Below the pieces are notes generated by a model, which worked only from the letters and a program-made list of their open reading frames with translations, was not told the origin of the DNA and ran no database searches. DNA of 64,000 nucleotides. It comes from Malacoraja senta (lineage: Eukaryota). Below are positions 25,740 through 36,475 of the stretch, piece by piece (position 1 is the stretch's first letter; every line of letters starts with the position of its first letter). The stretch lies in contig JAXLNO010005863.1 in assembly GCA_038087875.1 (NCBI GenBank), positions 124,001-188,000 on the forward strand. Direction: 5' to 3'. A program made the position numbers and the translations under genes.

Positions 25740-26620
25740 TACGGCATGTGTGTGACTTTAAGAAATGTGTCCCGGGCCTCCTCCTTTGCCAGATTGAGGC
25801 TGTACACAACATGGAGGAACAACTCACTACCCAGTAATGTAAACATTGGATTCTCTGAGTTAAGGTAACTTCTACATATGCTCCCCTTCCTCCTCTCCTT
25901 CCCCCCCCCTCCACCCTCCCACCCCCTTCTTGCACTAAAAGTCAGTTAATTAGTTCCACAGTTCACAATATATTCCTCAGATTCACACCATCCCTAGCAG
26001 ATAATCAGCCTTTCAGTTAGATATAGCTCTAAGAGCTAACAGAATGAAGGGATATGGGGAGAAAGCAGGAACGGGGTACTGATTCTGGATGATCAGCCAT
26101 GATCATATTGAATGGCGATGCTGGCTCAAAGGGCCATATGGCCTACTCCTGCACCTATTTTCTATGTTTCTGTACTGTCCTTGCCTGAGGTAATCTGTTG
26201 CCGGTCCTGATTTGTCCTGGTCCTTTCTTGCTTCCAATCCACCCCCTCCCACCCACAATCAGTCCGAAGAAGGGTCCTGATCCGAAACGACACCTATCCA
26301 TGTTCTCCAGAGATGCTGCCTGACCCACTGAGTTACTCGAGCACTCTGTGAAACGTCACCTATTCATTTTCTTCAGAGATGCTGCCTGACCCGCTGCGTT
26401 ACTCGAGCACTCTGTGAAACGTCACCTATCCATGTTCTCCAGAGATGCTGCCTGTCCCGCTGAGTTACTCCAACACTCTGTGAAACGTCACCTATCCATT
26501 TTCTCCAGAGATGCTGCCTGACCCACTGAGTTACTCCAACACTCTGTGAAACGTCACCTATCCATTTTCTCCAGAGATGCTGGCTCACCTGCTGAGTTAC
26601 TCCAGCACTTTGTGTCTATC
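25740..26620 (+). mobile_element. Penelope-like element 3' end with tandemly expanded pLTR tail
   Basis: Degenerate GIY-YIG tail (25740-25860), CR1 tail insertion (about 26010-26170), degenerate hammerhead 26264-26291 and 66-bp repeats. Confidence 0.65.
26284..26613 (+). repeat. 66-bp tandem repeat x5 of the pLTR tail
   Basis: GAAACG starts at 26284, 26350, 26416, 26482 and 26548. Confidence 0.92.
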
Positions 26621-26886
26621 ATTAAGAACCTTTGGTGCGACAGACCCTGGTTCGATCCTGACTACGGGTGCTGTCTCTACGGAGTTCGTATGTTCTCCCC
26701 GTGACCGCGTGGGTTTTCTCCGAGTGCTCCGGTTTCCTCCCACATCCCAAAGACATGGAGGTTTGTAGGTTAATTGGCTTCTGTACATTGTCCCTAGTGT
26801 GTAGGATGATCATTGGCTGGAGCGGACCCGGTGGGCCCAAGGACCTGTTTCCATGCTGTATCACTCAACTAAACTAATTATTTGGT

Positions 26887-27890
26887 TATTTGGTGTGGAA
26901 AATTGGATTAGTAAGTATGCAGATGATACTAAGATAGGTGGTGTTGTGGATAATGAAGTAGATTTTCAAAGTCTACAGAGAGATTTAGGCCATTTGGAAG
27001 AGTGGGCTGAAAGATGGCAGATGGAGTTTAATGCTGACAAATGTGAGGTGCTACATCTCGGCAGGACAAATCAAAATAGGACGTACACGGTAAATGGTAG
27101 CGAATTGAGGAATGCAGTTGAACAGAGGGATCTAGGAATAACTGTGCATAGTTCCCTGAAGGTGGAATCTCATGTAGATAGGGTGGTAAAGAAAGCTTTT
27201 GGTGTGCTGGCCTTTATAAATCAGAGCATTGAATATAGAAGTTGGGATGTAATGTTAAAATTGTACAAGGCATTGGTGAGGCCAATTCTGGAGTATGGAG
27301 TACAATTTTGGTCGCCTAATTATAGGAAGGATGTCAACAAAATAGAGAGAGTACAGAGGAGATTTACTAGAATGTTGCCTGGGTTTCAGCAACTAAGTTA
27401 CAGAGAAAGGTTTAACAAGTTAGGTCTTTATTTTTTGGAGCGCAGAAGGTTAAGAGGGGACTTGATAGAGGTCTTTAAAATTATGAGCGGGTTAGACAGA
27501 GTGGACGTGGATAAGCTTTTCCCATTGAGAGTAGGGAAGATTCAAACAAGGGGACATGACTTGAGAATTAAGGGACAGAAGTTTAGGGGGAACATTAGGG
27601 GGAACTTCTTTACTCAGAGAGTGGTAGCTGTGTGGAATGAGCTTCCAGTGGAAGTGGTGGAGGCAGGTTCGATGTTATCCTTTAAAAATAGATTGGATGG
27701 GTATATGGACGGGAAAGAAATGGAGGGTTATGGTCTGAGTGCAGGTAGATGGGACTAGGGGGAAGTATTTATTTTTAATTAAAAAAAATAATAATAATTT
27801 AAAAAAAATGTTCGGCACGGACTTGAAGGGACGAGATGGCCTGTTTCCGTGCTGTTATGGTTATATGGTTATATGGTTATATGGTTTTGC
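26887..27890 (+). mobile_element. Young 5'-truncated CR1 LINE with uninterrupted RT C-terminus
   Basis: ORF 26853-27758 is open from ISKYADDTK to the natural stop; (TATGGT)n tail at about 27858-27885. Confidence 0.9.
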
Positions 27891-28387
27891 AAAGCTTGAA
27901 GATGTAAGAGAAAATAAGGTGGAGTAATCTCCAAAGTTTAAAATTTTTATTCTGAGAACCAAGTGAAAATAGAATGGGAACACAGGGAATGTTGATGTTG
28001 ATGTTTGGCTATCAGTTTAGAAGCATAATTAGATCACAATATAGGAAGAGTTTACAGACCATACATGAGAAGTTGCACATTCCACGACTAATCTTGTTTA
28101 AAAGAACATATTAATCAAAATGCTAAACTGATTTCTGGATTGTTGTGAATCTCACTTCTCCAATTCATTTGGATCATTAGACTATTTATGGGAAACATCT
28201 GTCTAACCAGAACCAGCAAGGAAAACAGCTGGATTCATAGCAATGGGCAGCCAGAAATCCTTGCACTCTAATGCAAATCCTACTGAGAATCCTGTAACAG
28301 AGAACGCCACTTTGTGTAATTGGAAAGCTCATTCAAGAGAACTATGTAACAGGTGCAACACCAAGGATTTACAGTTGGATACATTCA

Positions 28388-28690
28388 GGGGCGGCACAGC
28401 GGTACAGTTGCTACCTCACAGCGCTAGAGACCCAGGTTCGATTCTGAATACGGGTCCTGTTGGTACGGATTTTGTACGTTCGGCCCGTGACTGAGTGGGT
28501 TTTCTCCGGGGGGCTCTGGTTTCATCCCACTGTCCAAAGATGTACAAGTTTGTAGCTTAATTGGCTTTGATAAAATAGTAAATTGTCCCTAGTGTGTGGG
28601 ATAGTATTAGTGTGCGGGTAATCACTGGTCGGCACGGACTCAGTGGGCTGAAGGGCCTGTTTCTACACTGTATCTCTAATCTAAACTTTT
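28388..28690 (+). repeat. HE1-type SINE
   Basis: ggcggcacagcgg...GGTTCGATTC...tatctctaatctaaac. Further + strand copies at about 22660-22970, 26630-26877, 46625-46920, 51000-51290, 52575-52985 (split) and 53405-53705. Confidence 0.85.
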
Positions 28691-29169
28691 GTGGCGGCTC
28701 CCAAGGGTCGGACCATCCTAACTGTCAAACCCCTCGGCACGGGAATGGTTCAGTCCAGAGGCGGCCCTTAACCAGAGGTTTAAAGGCAAGGGTTTGGGTG
28801 CCATCTTTCTCTCGTGGACTTCCCTACAATCTAGAAGGACATAAATAAAGGTGCCTCCCGAAATACCTGGCTCCTCGCTTTCATTTCGGGACCTACGCAC
28901 CACACTTTCTGAAATTGTGCCCAAATGTCCAATATATTTTGGAAGTCTACCATTGAAACATGACAGATGTTTTACAGATGGCAACAGACTTGAGTCCGAA
29001 GAAGAGTCTGAAACCAAAATGTCACATATTCTTTTTCTCCAGAGATGTTGTCTAACCCGCTGTTTTTTGTGTCTATCTTCAGTGTAAACCAGCATCTGTA
29101 GTTCCTTCCTACGTCGTTTAAATGTTACTGTATCAAATGTTGGTACAAAATGGGGAAAGGAGGTGAAAG

Positions 29170-29410
29170 CAAATGCGACGGCTGGTAGGGTGGAAGGTGA
29201 GGACAAGGGGGACTCTGTCCTTGTTACGAGTAGGGTGATGGGGAGTGAGAGCAGAGCTGTGGGATATAGAGGAGACCCTGGTGAGAGCCTCATCTATAAT
29301 CGAAGAGGGGAACCCCCGTTCCCTAAAGAATGAGGACTTCTCCGATGCCCTGGTCTGGAACACCTCATCCTGGGTGCAGATGCGGTGTAGACGGAAGAAT
29401 TGGGAGTGGG
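29170..29410 (-). mobile_element. Penelope-like element, RT thumb/linker fragment
   Basis: SQFFRLHRICTQDEVFQTRASE...FRERGFP...RVPLVLTFHP. Confidence 0.8.
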
Positions 29411-29521
29411 GGAGGAATGGGTAGAAGGGAGAATATGAAAACAAAGAACTGCTGATGCTGGACATAAAATGCTGGAGTAACTCAGCAGGTCAGACAGCAT
29501 CTCTGGATAGAAGGAATGGGT

Positions 29522-29549
29522 GACGTTTCGGGTCGAGACCCTTCTTCAG
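29522..29549 (-). ncRNA. Minimal type I hammerhead ribozyme motif (consensus-intact)
   Basis: CUGAAGA-A-GGGUC(UC)GACCC-GAAAC-GUC: core CUGANGA, stem II, GAAA and palindromic ACGU stem III with a GUC cleavage triplet. Confidence 0.65.
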
Positions 29550-30191
29550 ACTGCTCCATTGCAGATGCTGGTCTACACAAAATATCTGAGTGGGACAGTA
29601 TCTCTGGAGAACATGGATAGGCAATGTTTTGGGTCGGTAATAATGTTAATTGTATCCCTTCGTTATAACCTCTTCCCCAGCCAACAATGGGCCATTATGG
29701 GCTCCACCCTTCCTTGCTGTTGCTGTTCACCTGTTGCTGGCCCTGATTTGTTCTATATTGGTCCGTGTGTTTAAAAGAGTTAGATTTAGCTCTTAGGGCT
29801 AATGGAATCAAGGGATATGGGGAGAAATCAGGAACAGGGTACTGATTCTGGATGATCAGCCATGATCATATTAAATGGCGGTGCTGGCTCAAAGGGTCGA
29901 ATGGCCTACTCCTGCACCTATTTTCTATGTTTCTATTCTATTCTTACCTCCAATTCCCTCCCCTCTATTTTCAGTCTGAAGGAGAGTCCCGACCCGAAAT
30001 GTCACCCACGTTAGAGCTGCTGCCTTACAGCGCCAGAGACCCAGGTTCGATCCACACTACGAGTGCTGTCTGTATGGAGTTTTACGTTCTCCCCGTGACC
30101 TTTGTGGGATTTCTCCAGGTGCTCCGGTTTCCTCCAAAATGCCAAAGACGCTAGGGTTTTTAATTTGCTTCGGTAAAAATTATAAAATACC

Positions 30192-30735
30192 TGGAATTGG
30201 TAAAGCTGCATCAATCTTCAGACAAATGCAGCCAATATGGTCTAGTGGTGGGATATCCAAGATGCTAAAAGTCAAACTCTTCCAGTCCGTAGTCTTCCCT
30301 ACAGCCCTCTGTGCCACTGATACATGGAAAATCAATGTGAAGATGAAAAATAAATTGGATGCATCCCAACAACGTTGCTTGAGGAGGATCCTGAAGACTA
30401 GCTACAGAGACCACATCACAAATGAGGAGATCTACCGGGAAATTGCAACAAAGCCTCTCATCCAGGACATGGAGGGACACAGGATGAAATCTGCAGGACA
30501 TGTACTCAGAATGTCAGCAGAACGTGCACCTAAGATAGCAATGACATGGCAAGCTGACGGAAGAAGGAAAAGAGGCCGACCAAAACTCACATGAGGTGAA
30601 CATTCTGGTAGGATTTGGAAGCCCGGGACGCTAACCTATCGAGGGTGGAAGACGTTGCACATAACCGAACAGAATGGCCAAAGCTTGCTGCCCAACGCAC
30701 TCAACAGTGTGGGAGGAACTAAGTCTAAGTAAGTA
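30192..30735 (+). mobile_element. RTE-clade LINE 3' fragment nested in an HE1 SINE
   Basis: IGKAASIF...CLRRILKTSYRDHITNEE...AGHVLRM...GRRKRGRPK; (TAAG)n tail; SINE halves at 30011-30190 and 30736-30830. Confidence 0.82.
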
Positions 30736-31321
30736 AGTGTGTGTAGGATAGCGTTAGTGTGCGGGGATCGCTGATCGGCATGGACTCCGTGGGCTGAAGG
30801 GGCCAGTTTCCGTGCTGTATCTCTAAACAAAACAAAAAAATTACCCATCGTTTTTCTCCAGATATGTTGCCCGGCCCATTGAGTAACTCCAGCACTTTGT
30901 GTCTATCTCGATAATGTTATTGAAGGGAGTTACCATAAATAGTACGTGAACAGCTTATTGGGAAATTAGACTTGTGCTTGGATCTGTGATGTGTAAGAGA
31001 TGGCTGTATTCCCAATACCTAATCCATACCATGGAACCAAACTCAGAACAACAAATAAACAACATGCAGAGAGCAGCGGTTAAGGTCAGAGCAGAAAAAT
31101 AACAGCCGCCAAAGCCTAATGCGTTAAATATCTCAAAATTTTATTTCAAAAAACAAATTGATGCACTGAAATTCATTAATAATAGCTATTTTCTTAAAAA
31201 CTAATTAAAAACAGGGAATATTCAAAACTATTTACAAAAGTATATATACAGAAGGTTTCACTGATACCGCAGGCAATTTGTGTTTAACATCTGTGTCCAA
31301 TACCGTAGATACATTTTCTTT

Positions 31322-31428
31322 TTACATTAGTGCACTCAATGCTGAGAGAAAGCGCCGAGATTTTGAAACTTTCATGTAGGTTCGGGGCAGTCCGTGTCTG
31401 ATGAACATATTAGTTACTGGTGTTTCAG
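31322..31428 (-). CDS. Candidate distal terminal exon of the RGL-family gene
   Basis: Long pyrimidine tract plus AG (31430-31429), phase 1. Encodes xETPVTNMFIRHGLPRTYMKVSKSRRFLSALSALM*, followed by AATAAA on the - strand at 31145-31140. Contains the LPR motif of RalGDS/RGL1 C-termini. Confidence 0.45.
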
Positions 31429-31541
31429 CTAAGGTGGACCGGATGAAGGAAGAGAGGGGAAAAAAGAGTAGGAACTCCAGATCTTTGTTTGTGAGCTTCT
31501 TCGAACACTTGCTCACTGGAGATCATAGGCACATGGTTACC

Positions 31542-31542
<1 letters not shown>

Positions 31543-31585
<43 letters not shown>

Positions 31586-31759
31586 AAGAGAAAGAGAGAC
31601 AGAGAAAGAGAGAGTGACAGTGAGTAAGTGAGTGTGACAGTGAGAGAGTGAGTGTGAGTGAGTGTGTTAGTGAATGTGAGTGACTGAGAGTGAGTGAGTG
31701 AATGAGAGTGTGAGTGAGTGAGTGAGTGTGAGTAGATGAGTGAGTGAGAGAGTGAGTGT
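31543..31759 (+). repeat. (GA)n/(GTGA)n microsatellite
   Basis: Direct inspection. Confidence 0.9.
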
Positions 31760-33152
31760 AGTGGCCGTTTGGCTTAATTTTTTGTGTCATAAATTATGGA
31801 ATTTGCCTTTAAATGTTGTCTGCCTGTAATTATGTGGGTGGGATATATTATGTAGTCAGAGGCGTGTTTGCTGCTGGGATTCTTGGAAGAAACTTGTAGG
31901 TTTTTATTTAGTTCGGAGGAAGCATGGTGGGACAGTATAGCTTTCGACCAATGGTCAGAGCTTTCCAACACCAAAGACGTTTTCTAATATTTCGGAGCCA
32001 CATGCTGGAGTTTGACGAAGATTAAAATGTACTTATCAAGAAGAGGTTTAGATGAATATCTGACTGTTTTACTTTGACAATAAAGAAACTATTAATCAAG
32101 AGAGTTTGTTTTGATGATTTATCTTTCTACGGCTTTGAATGTCTCGTGGAGAGTTCCCATTCGTAAAACGACGCTATCTCCTCACCCCGTGTCTTCTCCT
32201 AGTGGCTAGAGGGAGAAAATCCTTGAACAATATAATAATCTGCCATTATATCGAGTCGAAAGCTACCTTACAGTCAGGAGGTGGTAGAAGTGGGACAGAT
32301 TGGCCTGGATCTCTGGAGAGAGATTCGCCCAAAAATTAGTACCAGGAGGAACTGAAGACTGGTTCCTTGGAAGAGGAACTGAAGAAAATAGATCTCAACC
32401 AGCCAGGTTTACTCCTGGAGCCTTTTCCATGACTGGATATAGCCACAAGGCAGTGGAGGTTTTAAATCAGAGTTTTCCCTCTCCTAGATGGACTGCCTTC
32501 CCAGGCTGACGAGCCCCATCTGCCCGAGACTCGTGGGGACGGGAGCGTCTACCTTCCCGTGCAGGTCTATAGCACCTGCCCACTGCCCAGAATCTTGTGT
32601 AGAACAACTATTCTACTATGTTGAATTCAGAAGCTGGAATGTTTACTTCAAACAGCTTCTGAAGAGTCTGGAGAAATTTAGTTCTGCTAAAGTTTGGAAA
32701 GAAGCCAAGAAGCTTGTTCGCTTGCCAGCCTGGAAAACAGGAAACAAGCCACGCAACAAGGTGCTGGAATGGAAGATGTGATTGCACCTCAAGATAATAT
32801 TTCAAATGTATCTACACAAAGATCAGGACATAAATCTGGTTCTATAGCCAGTAAAGCATCAAGGGCCTTTGCTCGAATGGAAGTTGAAGTTGATCTAGCT
32901 GCACTCTCAATAGAATCAAATACCTTGGAGAAGAAACATGAGATTGAGCGACAAGAAGAACAGCTGAGAGAAGAGATGAGGCGACAAGAAGAAGAGATAA
33001 GGTAACGAAAAGCACACCTGGAACTAGCCACAAAGTTGGTGGTTGCCAAATCGATGATGTAGATAATGAAAAGTGAGGTTTGTAGATTAACCCTTATTGA
33101 TCCATGCCATTTATAATCTCCACTACACATATGTGCATGCCACCGTTTACAT

Positions 33153-35869
33153 CAGTGGTTCCCAACGTGGGGCGTACGCTCCACAGGGGGGCAATTTGAT
33201 TTTTAAGGGGGGCAATTGAGCGCGACTGAGGAGGTCTGGGTCCAAATTTTCAATTTTTATTTTTTTGGATTTTCCATCAGGTAAACATATGTAGTTTATG
33301 TTTCAGATGTTATTTTGAGTAAATAATTTTTTTGGGGTAAAAAAGGTTTTTATTGTGTAGTTATTACATAATCACCGCGCCATCGCTCTTCATGCACGTC
33401 GCACGAAGCGCGCGAGGTCATGGGAGAACCTTATTTATTGAATTGGATTTAGAAATGCGATTCAAAGAGCTTTTGCTAAATTACCCTTATAATATCTATT
33501 TCCTCCGTTTTCTCTCAAGGGAAAGCAATCCATTTTCTGAGAATTATTTCTTTGACTGCTCGTGCTAAAATGAGTAGTGCAAGCAAGAAGAAAGTTCGTC
33601 AGTATTCAGAGTAATATTTAAAACTTGGTTTCATACCCGCTGTCCATGGTGAACGGTCACCTTTCTGCCTCTTATGCCAACAATGCTTGACCAACGAATC
33701 AATTAAACCAGGTCGTCTTGAGGCGCATTTGAAGGCGAAACATAGTGCGTATGTAAATTCAGATTTGAATTACTTCAAATCTTTAAAGGATAAGTTTGAA
33801 AAAAGATCAACAATAAAGTCTCTGTTCACTGCACAAACTGTTACTGTCAGTCGTACTCTTGAGGCTAGTTATGAAATTTCTTTACTCATTGCTAAATCTG
33901 GAAAAAATCATACTATAGGGGAGGATTTAATTAAACCATCATTATCAGCATTTCTTAAAACAGTTCTGGAAAAAGATGACAAAGATGTTAAAGCCATGCC
34001 ACTCAGTAACAACACTGTTAGGAGAAGAACAGATGAAATGAGTGAAGATATTGAAACGCAACTTGTTGAAAAGCTGAAATCAAGAAAATTCTCAGTACAA
34101 ATGGATGAATCAACTGTGAGAGACAGTGAGGCCTTATTGCTAACCTATGTAAGATATATTGATAAAGGTGAATTTGCTGAAGAAATGTTATTCTGCAAAT
34201 CGTTAGAGACCACCACTACCGCCACTGATATATATAATAAACTAAAACACTACTTAGATGTCAATAATATACCAATGGAAAACATAACATCTTGTGCAGC
34301 TGATGGTGCTCCTCTTATGATGGGCAAGAAAAATGGTTGCTTAAAATTGATGAAAGATGAGAATCCGGAAATGCTTCTTGTGCACTGTGTTATTCACAGA
34401 GAGAACTTAGTGTCGAAAAATATTTCTCCTGTACTTAATGAGGTACTGAAATCAGTTATAAAATCTATCAATGCTATCAAAGCTAATGCCAAATGTGGGC
34501 GTCTTTTCAGCAATTTTGTGAAGATAACAATGCAGACCATGTGAGACTTTTACTTCACACTGAGGTGCGGTAGCTTTCGAAGGGGAATTGTTTGAAAAGA
34601 TTCATGGAACTATTTGATGAGCTTTGTGACTTTTTAAGTGACAAGCCTGAAATGAAGCACCTGCTAACCGTTGATGGAAAAGCGTTTGTGAGTTATTTAG
34701 CAGATATTTTTGAAAAACTGAATGTGTTGAATAAACAACTTCAAGGAACAAATAAAACTCTTGTTGATGCAAAGGCGAAGATATTTGGCTTTATTTCATT
34801 TATCGAGTTATGCCAAAAACATATTTCTGACAAAAATTTTGACCAGTTTCATTGGCTAAAGAAATGTGAGCCGACTGATGCTGCTGTACTTGTCATTGTG
34901 GATCATCTGAAAATATTGGCCTCTGATTTGAAAGAAAGATTTTCTGATTTAAAACAGATTGATTTTCCAACATGGGTGATGCAGCCAGTGCTAGTGGATC
35001 TATCTGATGTTTCAATGCAGTACCAAGAAGAACTCTCGGAAATACAAAATGATGAGTCAGTTAAAACTTTATTCAACATAAAAGGAGTGATGGCATGGCT
35101 TTGTGATGAGACAGAAACTAGATACCCAAATTCAACCAGCTTTGCAAGAAAACGGTTGTTACCATTCCCATCTACATATTTAGCTGAATGTGGCTTTAGT
35201 GCTGTAAATGATTTGCTACTGGAGAAAAGAAATCGACTGGATATCACTAAACGAGGAGATTTGAGACTGAAGCTGACTAAATTAGTGCCTAATATAAAAT
35301 CTCTTTGCAGCAGGCATGAAGCACAAGGGTCTCACTAACTTTATTCTAATTATCTTGAGGTGAGCTCAAATGGTATTTTGCATTTGATAGGTACCTTTAC
35401 TTTATTGTACAGTAATTAAAATGATCGATGTATTACAGAAAAAGCTTCCATTCAAATTAGTTTGTGTTGTATAACATTTCAGTTCTCTATTATATGTTTT
35501 GAAACTTTATTTGCTGTTTTGGTATGAGACAATCCACAAATATTTCAATATTCTAATATAGAAATTTTCTCTCTCTTTATTACCTGTGAATACTCTTTTA
35601 TTATCATATTTATCATTATTATTATTTTAATACCACCTAATGTTTTTTTCTTTTTTTTAACAATTTTTTAGTAATTTTTTGCTCAGAACTTTAACTGTCT
35701 TTTGTTTATTTCATTTTTCTTTTTCATGGATGCCATGTTCTTTTGAAGCTTGTTTAAACCAAGGTATTGAAATGATAAGAATTATATATCACCACATGAG
35801 GGGTGGGGGGCATCAGGATTTTAGAGGTGATTAGGTCGGGCATGGCCAAAAAAAGGTTGGGGACCACTG
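33153..35869 (+). mobile_element. hAT Buster/Charlie-type DNA transposon, full length
   Basis: TIRs CAGTGGTTCCCAAC (33153) and GTTGGGGACCACTG (ending 35869) enclose a transposase gene. Confidence 0.92.
33570..35338 (+). pseudogene. Buster-family hAT transposase (BED finger, DDE, dimerization domain)
   Basis: ATG at 33570; CLLC...HLKAKH BED finger; SVQMDEST; CAADGA; HCVIHRE; PFPSTYLAECGFS; ends AQGSH*. Lesions: TAA 33612-33614, a frameshift near 34505 and TAG 34571-34573 replacing the Trp of EVRW. Confidence 0.9.
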
Positions 35870-36475
35870 CTCTAGCATGTCCAAACCGTTAACAATCTTA
35901 TATGTTTCAATAAGATCCCCTCTCATTCTTCTAAACTCCAGAGTATACAAGCCCAGCCGCTCCATTCTCTCAGCATATGACAGTCCCGCCATCCTTGTAA
36001 ACCTACGTTGCATTCCCTCAATAGCAAGAAAGCCCTTCCTCACATTAGGGGACCAAAACTGCACACAATACTCCAGGTGTGGTATCACTAGGGCTCTGTA
36101 CAACTGCAGATGGACCTCTTTGCTCCTATATTTGACTCTTCTTGTTATAAAGGACAACATGCCATTCGCTTTCTTCACTGCCTGCTGTACCTGCATGCTT
36201 ACTTTCATAGACTGATAAACAAGGACCCCTAGATCCCATTGTACTTCCCCTTTTCCCAACTTGACGCCATTTATATAGTTATCTGCCTTCCTGTTTTTGA
36301 TACCAAGGTGGATAACCTCACATTTATCCACATTAAACTTCATCTGCCATGCATCTGTCCACTCCCCCAACCTGTCCAAATCATCCTGCATTCTCATAGC
36401 ATCCTCCTTACAGTTCACACTGCCATCCAGCTTTGTGTCATCTGCAAATTTGCTAATGTTACTTTGAACAGAGGA
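35870..36475 (-). mobile_element. CR1 LINE fragment cut by the hAT right end
   Basis: QDDLDRLGEW...PHLEYCVQFWSP...GLDMLE, directly joined to the hAT TIR. Confidence 0.88.

Noticed and set aside
26284-26613. Regularly spaced repeats resembling a CRISPR array
   Set aside because: Units are near-identical along their whole 66 bp with no unique spacers, there are no cas genes, and the context is vertebrate.
28388-28480. tRNA genes at SINE 5' ends
   Set aside because: A/B-box-like heads continue into the SINE body and tail, with no complete cloverleaf.
31425-31790. His/Ser/Leu/Thr-rich ORFs here and at 43975-44304
   Set aside because: Translations of (TCAC)n microsatellites.
33570-35338. Domesticated ZBED5/SCAND3/FAM200-like host gene
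   Set aside because: Intact TIRs, two stops and a frameshift mark it as a dead transposon copy.
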